Source of the DNA: Mobula hypostoma
Lineage: Eukaryota
DNA length: 64,000 nt
NCBI RefSeq assembly: GCF_963921235.1
Contig: NC_086097.1
Span: 62,002,001 to 62,066,000 of the forward strand
Reading direction: 5' to 3'
The translations under genes were made by a program, and so were the position numbers. This document shows, in pieces, positions 1-13,403 of the stretch (its first letter is position 1; every line of letters starts with the position of its first letter). Below the pieces are notes generated by a model, which ran no database searches, was not told the origin of the DNA, and saw only the letters and a program-made list of their open reading frames with translations.

Positions 1-2856
1 TATTCACACACATCTATTACACTGATATTTGTAGACATCAAGTTAAGCAACCTCTATACCAAGAAACATGGTCTACATGCCCATTTAATGCTGGACTGTG
101 ATTTTCCACATGAAAGAATGCAGCTTAACAGGCAGAAGAATCTTATAGTCGTTACTTCCAGTTGGATTTCTGCCCAGATTGCTGGGATGTCGTGTCAGTA
201 ATTTAATTTATGCTTCATCCTGTGCTCTTTTCTGATTTCTATCGCACAGATACATCTATGGAGGTCTTTGTGATTCCATATAAATCAAGATATACTCTTA
301 TTTGTTGCAGTAGAAATAAAAACCTTTATTAACTTTCTTTGTTATATTTACCAGTGAAATAAAACAAAGGACTTTCTTAAATAACATATTTCACATTCTA
401 GTCAGTATGGAAAGTTCCACGGCTGAAACCTTGGGAACAAAAATAAAAAGTAAGATCTAGAGTTAATGGAAGTAGTGCTCAGAGTGTGATAATATTTAAT
501 ATAATTAATATTACTCAATTTATAGAAAGTAAATGGGATAATTTAAGAGCAATTCATAGCAGGATAGCTCATTCAAATTGGAAAGCTCATCTTGTGAATT
601 ATGGGAGGCAAGGGACTCCACCAGTGTCCAGGGTGAAAATGTCAGCAGGAAGCGTCTTCAGCCACAGCCACTTGTAATCTACATGTTGGAGCTGGAGCTG
701 CAAATGGAGTCATCATGGCACAAGTGACAGGCTGAGATCTCTGTGGATAGCACATGTATTGAGATAGTCACACCCTAAGCAAAGACTACACAAGCAGAGA
801 GGTAATGGGTGAATGGAATGAGGAAAAGACAAAGTATGGGAAGACAGATAGACCAAGAGTCCCCTGCACTACCCCAAGCTCCCAAACAGATACACTGTTC
901 GGTTACCCTTCGAGGGGAGGACTTCTCAGGAGAATATCACAAAAATCAATTTTCTGGCAACACAGATGGCTCATCTGCACAGGAGAAGAGGAGGAAGAGT
1001 AGTAAAATCTATAGTGATAGCGGAATTGATGGGTGTTTCTGCAGTTGCGCTGTGTGATTCTGAGTGAACTGGTGCTGAAGTTCCTAATTTCATGGAACAG
1101 ATGCTGGAGCTTTTGGTTTAGGATGATCAAGTTAAGGGTCATGGTACATATTGGGCCCAAAAAGGTAAGTGGAAAAGGAGATGAGTCCTTCACACTGCAT
1201 AAAGAGAGTTAGGAAATAAATTGAAATGCAGGACCTCAAAGGCAGTAATCTCCGAATTATTCCCAGTATCTCCAACATTGAATAACAGAAATCAGAGAAT
1301 GGAAAAGATGAAACTATGACTATAGGGATGGTGTAGGAGGTATGAGGAACTGAAATGCTAATTTTAGGGTATTAACCTCAGTCTGTGGGGGAGGTGGTGT
1401 GGTGAAAAAAAACTAGAAAGTTTATATTAACTCAGTTCTGGGACTGATATTCTCTTCAGGATGTTTGCTGATGTTATTGGAAAAGATTTAAACAGTACAG
1501 CAGGGGGTGTTTACTAAGCAGGGACAGAGAGGGAAGGTAGGTTAGAAATAAAACACAGAAAATAGCAAAGGAAGAACGAAGGGAAAAGAAGGAAGAACTA
1601 TAGAAAGCCACAATAGACACAACTGATGAAGTTAATGTAAGGAAAAATGATGGAAAACAACCTTCAGTAGTCTGTATCACATAATATCCAAAACCCAATC
1701 AATAAACTAATAACTCAAATAGAGGTAAATATGTATATGTATGATCTTACACTCTCTGTGTTGACATGGTCACAGGATCAAAGCTGGGAATTCAATATCT
1801 TGGGATATTTGACTTTTAGGAAGAACATTCAGTAAGAAAACAGTGTTGGGTAGTTCTGATAATAAGAAATGAAATAAATACAGCTGGGAGTGATGATCTA
1901 AGTTTAGAAAATATAGTCCATTTGAATAAAAGGAAAGGAAGGTTAAGGAATTAGTAGCATGCAGTCGCACATTGCCGCAGTGTGGAAAAGAGTAGAAGTC
2001 AATAAATAATGTACGTAAAGAATAGCGCAGTAATAATATGTGATTTTTATCTTCATGTAGATTTGAATAATCAAATTGGTAATAGGAACCACAAGAATGA
2101 TTTATAAGGTGCATTTTGGGTTATTTTCCTGGAGAAATACAGTACATTATGGAACCAACCAGGGAAGAGGCTATTTTGAATTTGGTACAGGCTTATGAGA
2201 CAGGTTTAATAAATAACCTCTGAGTAAAAGATCCCCCAGGAAATAGTAATCACTGTATGATAGAATTAAGCATACAGCTTGAGAGGAATAAGCTTGGTCT
2301 GACCCCAGTGTTAAATTTAAATAAAGGAATGAAAACAGAGTTCGAAAATGTGCACCAGAAAAACAATAAACAAGCAGCAGAGACATTTAAGAAATTTATT
2401 CCTGAATCTCAGCAAATATGTTATAGAGATGGATGATAGACTGAATACGGCTAAATAAAGATGTTAAGGAGAGTTTTCAGTTGGGGGAAAAATTATAGAT
2501 TGGCAGAAATTAATGATGGAACTGAAAATTCAGATAATTCTGAATTTGGCAAAGGAGGACTAACAAATCAAGAAGAAAAACATAAATTGTGAGGGAAAAC
2601 TATGAAGAATTATAAAAAGTGAGAATGAAAGTTTTTTGAAGTATGTAATAAGGAATAGAGTGTCACGGTTCTGACCGTTAATTTCTCTTATTATCCTTAT
2701 TTCCTTTTCCCCGTGTTCTCCTGCGGTCTTTGATTGCGGCACCTGATTCTCTTCTAAACCTGCTGCATAAAAACCCTGGCTTTGCGTCCACTTGTTGCCA
2801 GACCGTTGCTTCAGCCAGTGCGGTAATTCAGGTTCCCAGCTGCTTAGAATGTTGTA

Positions 2857-3160
2857 ATAGTAATAATAGGCATCCGTTAGTCTTGTGAGACTATGGATTT
2901 GTGCCTTGGAAGGTTTCCAGGGCGCAGGCCCGGGCAAGGTTGTATGGAAGACAGGCTGCATGTCTCCCCTCTCCACGCCACCGATGTTGTCCAAGGGAAG
3001 GGCATTAGGACCCATACAGCTTGGCACCGATGTCATCGCAGAGCAATGTGTTGTTAAGTGCCTTGCTCAAGGACACAACACGCTGCCTCGTGCAAGGCTC
3101 GAGCTAGCGACCCTCAGATCACTAGATGAACGCCTTAGCCACTTGGCCACATGCCAACAC
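2857..3160 (-). mobile_element. tRNA-derived SINE with RTE-like 3' tail
   Basis: Minus strand has A box TGGCCAAGTGG, B-box-like GCTCGAGCC, central GTGTCCTTGAGCAAGGCACTTAAC, a 3' stem-loop ending GGATGCC and a (TAT)n tail. 12-bp TSD tagaatgttgta (2845-2856) / tagaatggtgta (3161-3172). Confidence 0.88.
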
Positions 3161-3169
3161 TAGAATGGT

Positions 3170-3430
3170 GTATTCTAAGTTATACTTCAGTACCGAGGTT
3201 TACCTGTGAAACTCTGTCTCTCCGTGTCAAGATAAGTATTCTAAGTTTACTTCAGTACCGAGGTTTACCTGTGTAACTCTGTCTCGCCATGTCAAAGCAA
3301 GTATTCTAAGTTTATTTCAGTACCAAGGTTTACCTGCGTAACTCTGTCTGTCCGTGTCAAGGTAAGTGTTCTAAGTTTTACTTCAGTACCGAGGTTTACC
3401 TGTGTATCTCCATCACTCCATGTTAAGAAA
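3170..3430 (+). repeat. ~65-bp tandem repeat, ~4 copies, inside the LTR
   Basis: Unit gtattctaagtt(t)acttcagtaccgaggtttacctgtgtaactctgtctctccgtgtcaagataa starts at about 3170, 3236, 3301 and 3366. Confidence 0.9.
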
Positions 3431-6238
3431 AGTATTGTCTGCTGCTTGCCTTTCTACACTCCATGTCAAGATAAGTTTTGCATGCCACCTGCCTCCTGTT
3501 TACCATTCAGCTCCAGCAACGTCCTGTGTCAAGAAAAGTTTTGCCTGCCTCCTGCTCCTCCGTTCACCTGTGCTGTTTGCCTGTGTTAACTCTGTCTCTC
3601 GATCACTAAGAATTGTATGTTCCAAGTTCTGTTTCTGCGCAGTTTGCCTGTGTTAACTCTGTCTCTCCATGTTAATAAGAGTATTGCATGCTTCCTGTCA
3701 TCCTTCCACCTGCTGTTCTCCTCAAGCCATGCTTGCACCCTGGTCTGTATCCCTGATCTGCCTTGTTCTGCCGCCTACACTCTCTGTTGGCTCGGTGATT
3801 AAACGCCGCGTTCCCACTGAAGCAACTCGGGTTCAATCCCCGGCCAAGCAGTCCTCGCTCCTCGGCTTTCCTCTGCCTAATCCTCGCTCCGCGGCATTCC
3901 CTGTAACCGTTAATAAACACTTTAGAATACTCTACCTCCATGTCTGTTTCCTGCGTTTGGCTTCACCCCGTTCCATTGCAACATACAGAGTTCAAAGATA
4001 CATTGGCCCTTTGAGCTGAATTAAACAAGAATTAAAAAGGAATTAAATTGGTATTTCACATCAATTTTTAAGGTAGAAGGTACTACAAACATTACATTAT
4101 TATTAAGAATACACAGAGAAATTGAGTACTATCACCATCACTAGAGAAACAGAATTAAGCAAATTAATATAGCTAAAGGCGAATAATTTCTTGGGAACTA
4201 ATGATTGTGTTCTAGGATTCGAAAAAAAGGTGACTACAGAGATGGGGGATTACAGGTACCAATGGACAAAAAACTGACAATGTGATCCTCTTTTCCAACT
4301 TTGGGTGGCAAAAGCAAGTAACTGCAAACTAATTAGTCTAAAGCCTTTTATTTGAATATTGTTGCAATCAATTTTTAAGCATAAAATGGCAGAATATTTG
4401 TAATGTCATAATCTGATCAAGCAGTGTCAGCATTCATCAAATAATTTTATTAGCGTTATTTGTGGAAGTATTATCAAGTGTGTATAGATGGGAACTAATA
4501 GATGTAATATATTAAGATTTTGATAAAGGTGATTGACAAAGTGTCTTTGCATGAAAAGAGATCATATGTTAGAAATAAAAACTTACCATCAATAGAAGGT
4601 TGTTAACCAGCAGGGAATAGGGATATGGGAGTCATTTACAAGTTGATAACTGGTAACGGAAGGGGTACCATAGGGACTGCATGCAGGAGGTGTTGGTAAT
4701 TTGACTCTACTAATAAATATTGTAAGCAGTCTGTATCTGTGTAAGTTATTGTTACAATGCAAGAAACATAATCAGACAATGTATACACTGAAAAGTTCTC
4801 ACCAACTGCTACATGAAAATGCTTGGCTGAATTCCTGAAAATCCATCCCTGGTCGGTATGACTAAATGCACTATATAGGAGCAGCAGCACATTCTAATAT
4901 TCTGTTTCTAGAATATGGTGCCAATGGAATTTTTGAAACATTTTTTTGAATGAAGAGGTAACAACGATATTAGGTAATGGGAATACATTTCAAATAATTT
5001 ACCTAGATTTTCCAAGATCTTATGTTATAAAACAACAAATAAAATCAGAAAACACAGAGTTCATAGTAGTATGGATTACAAACTGTGTGGGAATAAAGGA
5101 TACTATTTGCTAAGGAAGAACTGAGTCATGCTGGAACCAATGCTGTTTACTAAATTGTCAATCGTTTAGAATCTGGAATCAAAATGCACAGTTTATATTT
5201 ACAGATGAAGCACATTAAGGTGGTGGGAGGATATTGAATAATGAGGACAGGAGGAATTTATAGGGAGACCTTAATAATTTTGCAGAATGGGTTAATAATT
5301 AGCAAATGAATTTCAACACAGATAAATGCAAGAAAAAAATCAAGGGGTCACTTCTTACCTGAAAGATACAGAAAATTATACATATGAGGAAAGCATCAAG
5401 TCAGGGTCTGCCTTATCGTGAGAAAAAGGGCTGTGTGGTGACCTAATTGAGGCCTTTAAAATAATGGAAGATTTTGATAGAGTGGATACAGAAAGAATGC
5501 TTTTATTTGTGGAAGAGATTATAATTTGAGACTATGAAGTTTAATCACAAAATAAATGTGTTAAAATGGGGAAATGATGAGTCAGATAATATAGATGCAT
5601 TTAAAGGAAGGTTGCACAAGCCTATGAGAGAAAGCAATAGAGGATTATATAAAATGACAGATGATGAAAGGCTTCAGTAGTTAAAATAATTTTACTGTTT
5701 CATTGTTGTATATCCTATTCTATGCAGTATACAAATATACAACTAATATTCGAAATAGGCATGAACTACATTAGGTTCTGAGTAATTTTGGTTGAGGATA
5801 CCAAGTGGAGTTGATTTTTCTTATTCAAATATTGTTCGGTGAGCCAAAATTTAACAAAAAGGGCAGGAAAAAAAATTTAGTTTAATGTCTCATCTAACAG
5901 ACTGAGTGCCTTTACAAAATAGATACATCAGCAATAAAATAAATAATTCGATGAATTTGAACTTCAGATTGATAAATTGCTGAGAATTTAAAATGGGTGT
6001 TTTGAAGAAAATCTAGGACAAAAGATCAGAATTGGCAACAATACCCAAATTACCAAGGAGTGCAGAAACAAACCTTCAGTAATTCACTATAGAGCTCAAA
6101 TTCAAGCTCTTTACAACTGCCAGGGTGCTCAAATAAAACATATATAAATATTATAATGAAAAACTTCCTCAATTCCTGTTGCCAGTCATTCCCTCCAGCC
6201 TTGGCAACATAAGCCTTTTATGCAATTTCCAAAATAGA

Positions 6239-6239
<1 letters not shown>

Positions 6240-6273
<34 letters not shown>
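6240..6273 (+). repeat. (CA)n microsatellite
   Basis: Seen directly. Confidence 0.98.
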
Positions 6274-6276
<3 letters not shown>

Positions 6277-6619
6277 GACATAACCCAATTAAATAATATT
6301 TCTCTCATACATTTGCAATTCAATTTTTTTACAAATGACAAGCTCTTGTGAGTTGGTCCAATTTGACCAAGATTCAATTTTTCTGAGTATCCAGAATTTG
6401 ACCCAATTAAAATTAATTGATATTTATAAACTGTTTACCTAATACTCATTTCTTGCTGATTTTTTGATAATGATGGAAGCTGGAGGCTGAGGCTTAAGGA
6501 TCATGCTGCTGTGAGTTATATCATCTTAACACTTAATACCTCATTCTTACCACCTTTAATCTTAATAATCAAAATTCCATTAATACAAAGAAGCAGAATC
6601 TAACCTAATAATGGTTCTG

Positions 6620-7975
6620 AAGGATTAGAAAATTGTAAATGTCACCTCATTCTTTAAGATGAAGAAAGAAAATTATAGGTCAGTTAGCCTGACTTCAGTG
6701 GTTGGGAAGATGTTGGAGTCTATCATTAAGGATGAGCCTTCAGGGTACTTGGAGGCACATGATAAGATAGGCCAAAGTCAGCATGGTTTTCTTAAGAAGA
6801 AACTTTATCCATTGGAAGTCTTTGAGGAAATAATAGGCAGGATAGATAAAGGAGAGTCAGTGGATTTTGTTCATTTAGATTTTTAGAAGGCCTTTGACAA
6901 GGTGCTGCACATGAGGCTGCTTACCAAGATAAGAGTCCCTGGTATTGCAGGAAATATACAAGCATGGATAGAAAATTGGCTGACCGACAGGAGATACAGA
7001 GTTGAAATAAAGGACCTTTTATGGTTGGCTGCTTGTGACTAATGGTATTCGGCGGGGATCAATGTTAGGTCAGCTTCTTTTCACATTATATGTCAATGAC
7101 TTGGATGATGGAGTTGATGGTTTTGTGGACATGTTTCAGTACTTGGATTGGGAAAAGGTAAAAGAAGTGACATATGAAATATAGTGTAAGGATGTACATA
7201 ATCATATGTAGACTATTTTCTGAAAGGGAAGAAAATTCAAAAATCCAAGGCTCAAAGGGACTTGTGAGTCCTCGTGCTGGATTTCCTAGAGGTTAACTTG
7301 AAGACTGAGTCAGTGATGAGAAAAGTAAATAAAATATTATATTCATTTTGAGAAGACTAGAATATAAAACAAATGACGTAATGCTGAAGCTGTATAAGGC
7401 ATTGGTAGGCCTCGCTTGGATTATTGTGAGCAGATATGGGCCCCTTATCTAAGAAAGGATGTGCTAACATTGGAGAGGGTCCAGAGGAGGTTAATAAGAA
7501 TGATTTCAGGGATAAAAAGGTTAATGTATGTGGAACATTTAATAGTTCTGGGCCTGTACTCATAGAGGTTTACAAAAATGATGAGGGGACTCATTGAGAC
7601 CTATCGAATATTGAAAGGCCCAGATAGAGTGGTTGGTGAGAGGATGTTTCCAATAGTGGGGAGTCTAGCACCAGAGGGCTCTGCATCAGAATCGAGGGAT
7701 GTCCATTTAGAACAGAGAGAAAGAGGAATTTCTTCAGCCAGAGAGTAGTGAATCTGTGGAATTCAATGCCGCAGACAAATGTACAGGTCAAGTCATTGAG
7801 TATATTTAAAGCAGAGGTAAATAGGTTCTTGATTAGTCAGGGTATCAAAGGTTACGGTGAGAAGGCAGAAGAATGGGGTAGAGAGGAATAATAAATCAGC
7901 CATGATGAAATGGCCGAGTAGACTTGATGGGACAAATGGCCTAATTCTGCTCCTATGTCTATTGGTCTTATGGTA
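6620..7975 (+). mobile_element. 5'-truncated CR1/HER1-like LINE (RT and 3' end)
   Basis: [27 protein letters not shown] and DF*KAFDKV motifs. 3' tail ctcctatgtctattggtcttatggt. Confidence 0.9.
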
Positions 7976-8444
7976 CAATAATATTCTATTGTTGAGCCTT
8001 GATGTCATACTCCCTTATTTGGTTTTCTTGTTTAAAATGTTTCTTTCTCTCCTTGCATTTCCTGAAGACAATGATTCACGCCACTCAGGTGTCATCTGTT
8101 TTCTGGTGTTCTATCCATATGTTTATACTTTCTATGCGAGTCTGCACAATGTGTCAGCAGGCATGTCATACAAATTCATACAATCGAAGAAATACTTGGA
8201 AAGAAATTGAGAGCATATGAAACAGGAGCACAAATAAGCCACCAGGCATTTGAACCCACAACCTGCTAAGACTGTGGCTAAAATTCTGCTTCATTATCAA
8301 TATCCCCATCTCCTTTGATTTCTTAAATGTCCAGAAATATATAGATCTATTTTGAATGAAAACAATGACTGAGTCTCTGCAGCCTTATATGTTTGAGAAT
8401 GTCAAAGCTTCACTGCCATCAGAATCAGATTCATTATCACTAAG

Positions 8445-8590
8445 TACAAACACAGAACATAGAATAGTACAGCACAGTACAGGCCCTTCGGCCCACTATG
8501 TTGTACTGACCCCTAAACCCTGCCTCCCATATAACCCCCCATCTTAAATTCCTCCATATACCTGTCTAGCAGTCTCTTAAACTTCATGAA
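8445..8590 (-). mobile_element. CR1 3'-end fragment
   Basis: FKRLLDRYME on the minus strand plus a tail matching the 3' end of the CR1 at 25476. Confidence 0.8.
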
Positions 8591-8608
8591 ATTACATGAA
8601 ATATGTTG

Positions 8609-9870
8609 CAACACACACAAATGGCTGGGAAAACTCAGCAAGTTAGGCAGTAACAATGGAAAGGAATAAATAAACAGTGTTTCCAGCCAGGACCCTCCAT
8701 CAGGACTGGAAATAAAGAGGGAAGAAGCCAAAATACGGAAGTGGGGAAAGGGATAGGAGAGACCTGATAAGGGGGAAGGTTGGTGGGTAGCAGAAGGGGG
8801 ATGAAGTAAACAACTGAGAGGGAATAGGTAGAAGAAGTAAAGGGCTGAAAGAAGGAGGAATTTAACTGGAGAGGACAGTGGAACATGGAAAAAAAAGAGA
8901 AAGAGGAAGGGAACCAGGGGGAGGTGAATGGCAGGTAAGGAGATGAGAGGAGGTGAGAGAATAACCAGAATGGGGAATGGAAGAGGAGAGAAGGAGGAAG
9001 AGAGGAGAAAATACTGAAAGTTAGTGAAATTAATGTTCATGCCATCAGGTTGGAGGCTACCCAGACGGAATATGAGGCGCTGTTCCTCCAACCTGGGCTT
9101 GGCCCCATCATGGCAGAAGAGGAGACTATGTCAGAATGGGAATGGGAAGTCAAATTTAAATGGACGATCTCGCCTTTAGTGGCAGCCAGAGTGAAGATAC
9201 TCAACAAAGTTGTCCTCCAGTCTGTATGGGGTCTCACTGACATAGAGGAGGCGGCACCTGGAGCACTGGATATAATAGGTAACCCCAACAACAGCGGGAG
9301 AACCAGAGGGATATGATGGGCAGGCGAACAGAAGCGAAGGGTTAAGTAAGTAATCTGAATGGGAAATACTGCCACAAAGAGGCTACACTCAGTTTGGAGG
9401 AGTAGCACTTCATATTCTGTTTGGGTTGTCTCCAAACTGATGGCATGAATGTCAATTTCTTGAACTTCCAGTAATTACTCCCACTTTCTCTTTTGTCTTT
9501 TTTTTCCATTTTCCATTCTGCTTACCCTCTCAGCCATACTTTTCTCCTCACCTGGTCATCAACTCCATCTGTTTTTTCTCCTTCTTCCCTTTATTCAATG
9601 GTCCACTATCCTCTCCTATTTGACTTCTTCTTCCTCAGCCCTTTACCTCTTCCACCTATCGCCTCTCAGCTTCTTACATCCATCCACCCACTCACCATCC
9701 ACCTCTCTTGTCACTTACCAGATTGTACTCCTTTTCCTCCCCCACCTTATTCTGGCTTTTTCCCTTTCCTTTCCTGTCCTGGTGAAGGGTCTTGGCCTAA
9801 ACTGTCACTTGTTTATTGCCCTCCATAGATGGTGTCTGACTCTTAAGTTCCACCAGCATCTTTTGTGTCT
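8609..9870. mobile_element. Penelope-like element (Neptune type) remnant: two GIY-YIG C-terminus/3' arms in inverted orientation
   Basis: Minus arm (8609-~9335) encodes EEQRLIFRLGSLQPDGMNINF, the PLE endonuclease C-terminus. Plus arm (~9372-9870) has the same motif, decayed. Both arms are followed by a pyrimidine-rich tract and a degenerate hammerhead. Confidence 0.85.
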
Positions 9871-9879
9871 TCTCATCAT

Positions 9880-11000
9880 AGCCCTAGATAGCTAATCTTT
9901 TATTCGGAAACTATGCCATATGGTTCTGATTTCCTCAATCGGGGGAAAATTTTCCTTGTATCTAGCCTGTCAATTTTTTTTAAGAATCTTGTATGCTTGG
10001 AGATGTCCTCTTATTCTTTAAAACTTTAAAGAACGTAATCCTTGTCTGCTCAGTTTCTTCTCACATCTGTAGTGTTCAAATTAACCAAAATAGATCTGCT
10101 CCTTCATTCTCAGACAATAGCTTTATAAGTTATGGGTTGTCAAGTGTTCAATTTAAATCTGGAAAGGAATTTCACTGCCATAACCCTTTAAGCAAAGATT
10201 TCCAGATTACAAAAACTTTTTGGTGAAATTGCTGTTCCTCAACTGTCTTCAAATCTTTCTGACAATTAATTTACATAAAACTGTATTCATCCTTTTTCCT
10301 TCTGTTCATTCTGACTGGGAATCCATTAAAAATTCCCTAAGATTTTTTTAGTTGTCTGATAAATAATCCTAGTCTCTAGTCAATTTCTCCCCATAATTAT
10401 ATCCACTCTATGTGATATGGTGAGTAGAATGAATCACTAAACTCTCACTATAGCTGTGGCTTAGTCTTTCTCAAGTATAATTTCCATATTGCTATTCTCT
10501 ATGCCTTGGTAATAAGGGCAGCTTTTCCGGTTGCCTTCTTAACCATCTTACCCATCTGTCCTGCAGCCTTTAGAAGTTTGTGAACATGCATTCCAAGATA
10601 ATTCTGTTTTATCTACATTTTCTTTTGCCTCTTGTGCCAAAATACTTTGACACTTAACTTGGTCAATGCACAATTAAGCAGTTAACATGTAATCCCTTGT
10701 TCAGCTTCCTTTCTCCAAAAGCATTAAATCAAATTCCTCAAAATTAAATTCCTTTCCTCACTTTTATACCCTCTTATACCAATCAGTCAATTTCTTTCTG
10801 CAGCAATCAGTTTCACTCCTTGCCTTTTTTGTTTTGCGAATTTGATATCATCAGCAAACTTAATTATGACATTTATATTCAAGCCCAAATGATATTATAA
10901 AAAGTACTGTAGCTTGCGGAACTCCTCTGTGTATAGCCTTCCAACCACTAAAACTGCTGTCACTTTTCTTTTGTGGGTCAATTTGCCACTTACCCTGGAA
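9880..11000 (-). mobile_element. Highly decayed CR1 3' region
   Basis: Patchy similarity to the minus-strand CR1 at 25476-26500, e.g. atatcatcagcaaactt (KFADD). Confidence 0.5.
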
Positions 11001-11664
11001 TAGACTGGTCTGGGACAGGGTCATTGGGGTCTGAGGTGTCCAGCAAGGAACCCCATCTCCCAGCTTTCTGGGGTGTCCAGCAAGGAAGAAGGTACATAGC
11101 TATTAAAGCCCATCTTTTCTTCAAAATTATGTAACTGGAATTTCAGCAGTGGTAACCAAACAGCAAGCTAAAACACTCATCCTATTTTAGCCAATAGAAG
11201 AAGGTTAGAGCCAGTTGTATTGCTGTGCATCTAATATTTTTCCAACTAAATCATGTAATTCAGTCTACGTTCAATTTAAAATGCTGGAAATCATGGATGA
11301 GGCCATATAAAAATCGCAATGTAATCAGGTAGTGTGAATATTGTTTCATAAAAGGGAAAATATTGTAGTTAACAGATGTATTACAGTTTTTGGAGAGTGT
11401 AACACACCATGGAGAAAGAAAAAAGAGTAAATGTAGTTATTTTATATACTACATTTAGAGCTTATGGAACTGAACAGAGTATTGACAAACAGGAAACTAA
11501 TTAGACCTTCCCGACTGACTGGATTTCCTCATCAATGAAACAAGACAACATTCTGCTCAGACAATGGCAGCTGATATGCAACAGGCATCCTAGTTTAGAG
11601 AAGACACACAAAGGCAATGTCCACTCCTTAATGGAAGCAAGTCATCTTTGATCCTTGATCTCAA

Positions 11665-13275
11665 TTGAATTGAATTGAATTGAATTGAATTGACTTTATT
11701 TCTTATATCCTTCACATAAATGAGGAGCAAAAATCTTTATCTTACATCTCTGTCTGAATGTGAAAAGTATAATTGTAGTAATTTATAATAAATAGTACAG
11801 TCAATGTAACATAGAAATAATCAGTTAATCAGTTTGATGGCCTGGAGCCTTTTGGTCCTGGCTTTTATGCTGCGGTACTATTTCCTGGATAGTAGCAGCT
11901 GGAATAGATTGTGGTTGGGGTGACTCAGGTCCCCAATAATCCTTCAGGCCCCTTTTTCACACCTGTCTTTGTAAATGTCCTGAATCATGGGAAGTTCACA
12001 ACTACAGATACGCTGGGCTGTCCGCACCACTCTCTGCAGAGTCCTACAATTAAGGGAGGTACAGTTCCCAACCAGGCAGTGATGCAGCCAGTCAGGATGC
12101 TCTCAATTGTGCCCCTGTAGAAAGTTCTTAGGATTTGAGGGCCCATACGAAACTTGGTCAATTTTATGAGGTGAAAAAGGTGCTGTTGTGCCTTTTTCAC
12201 CACACAGTTGGTGTGTACAGGCGATATGAGGTCCTCGGTGATGTGGATGCTGAGGAACTTGAAGCTGTTTACCCTCTCAACCCCAGATCCAGTGATATCA
12301 ATAGGGGTTAGCCCGTCTCCATTCCTCCTGTAATCCACAACCAGCTCCTTTGTTTTTGCAACATTGAGGGAGAGGTTGTTTTCTTGACACCACTGTGTCA
12401 GAGAGGTGACTTCTTCCCTGCAGGCCGTCTCGTTATTATTTGGGATTCGGCCAATCAATGTAGTGTCGACAGCAAATTTAATTAGTGGATTAGAGTTGTG
12501 GGTAGTGACACCGTCATGGTTATACAGGAAGTAAAGGAGGGGTCATAGAACACAGCCCTGAGGGGCTCCTGTGTTGAGAGTCAGAGGGTTGGAGGTGAGG
12601 GAGCCCACTCTTACCACCTGCCAGCGATCTGATAGGAAGTCCAGGATCCACCTGTACAAGGCAGGGTCAAGGCCGAGGTTTCTGAGCTTCCTGTTGAGCC
12701 TGTATGGAATTATGGTGTTGAATGCTGAACTGTAGTCCAAGAACAGCATTCTCACATAAGCATCCTTCTTCTTCAGATGTGTAAGGACCATATGTAGAGT
12801 AGTGGCTATTGCATCGTCTGTCAATAGATTGTGTCAGTAGTGCGAATTGTAGAGGGTCCAGTCTGGATGGTAGCAAGCTGCAGATGTAATCGTTGACCAG
12901 CCTCTGAAAGCATTTGTTTATTATTGAGGTGAGTGCAACAGTTTGCCAGTCGTTCAGACATGTTACCTCGGTCTTTTTTGGTGCAGGGACAATGGTGGAT
13001 AATTTGAAACTATTACACTGGGAGAGGGAGAGATTGAAAATATCTGTAAACACACCAGCCAATTGTGCTGCGCACATCCTGAATACTCGCCCTGGGATGC
13101 CATCCGGTCTCACAGCCTTGCAACTTTCCAATCTGCATACCTCTGCCTCAGAGATGAGCAGGTTGCAGGTTGAAGCGGTGGCTTTCCTCGGAGGCTCAGA
13201 GTTAGCGACATCGAACTGAGCGTAAAAGCGATTGAGCTCATCTGGGAGAGAGGACTTGATGTTGGCAGCACCACT
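11665..13275 (-). mobile_element. Rex1/Babar LINE, 5'-truncated
   Basis: [14 protein letters not shown]...[31 protein letters not shown] and TIESILTGCITAW motifs. (TTCAA)n tail at 11665-11692. Putative TSD tctcaa (11659-11664 / 13276-13281). Confidence 0.92.
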
Positions 13276-13403
13276 TCTCAAGGGACAATCCTAAGACTGG
13301 ATGTGACAATCAGATTTACTTTTTTGCCTGTCCTTATTTTTTCATATTTGTATGTTAAATGCCACCTAAAATTTTAACTGTAAACAATCAATAGATATAG
13401 AGC

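Larger units (their letters stand above)
2661..3983 (+). mobile_element. Solo LTR (TG...CA) containing a SINE and an internal tandem array
   Basis: Starts TGTCAC and ends ...GCAACA. TATA-like GCATAAAA near 2765, AATAAA at 3913-3918. The CR1 sequence resumes on both sides. TSD only imperfect (aatagag/tacagag). Confidence 0.7.
640..5650 (+). mobile_element. Old, heavily decayed CR1-clade LINE (ORF1 esterase and ORF2 remnants), interrupted by a solo LTR at 2661-3983
   Basis: ORF1 VMVHIG motif near 1138. APE-like 'gaaccaaccagggaagaggctattttgaatttggt' (PTR..A.L.LV) near 2152. RT-like D.IY.DF.K near 4501. Co-linear with the younger CR1 copies in the window. Many stops. Confidence 0.7.

Noticed and set aside
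3090..3160. tRNA gene (also 13953-14010)
   Set aside because: These are SINE heads, followed by SINE body and tail. No complete cloverleaf.
8513..9091. 192-aa ORF as a host gene
   Set aside because: Penelope endonuclease C-terminus reading through a pyrimidine-rich 3' region into a CR1 tail.
11034..11087. 16-bp direct repeat ggtgtccagcaaggaa x2
   Set aside because: Isolated small duplication with no further structure.
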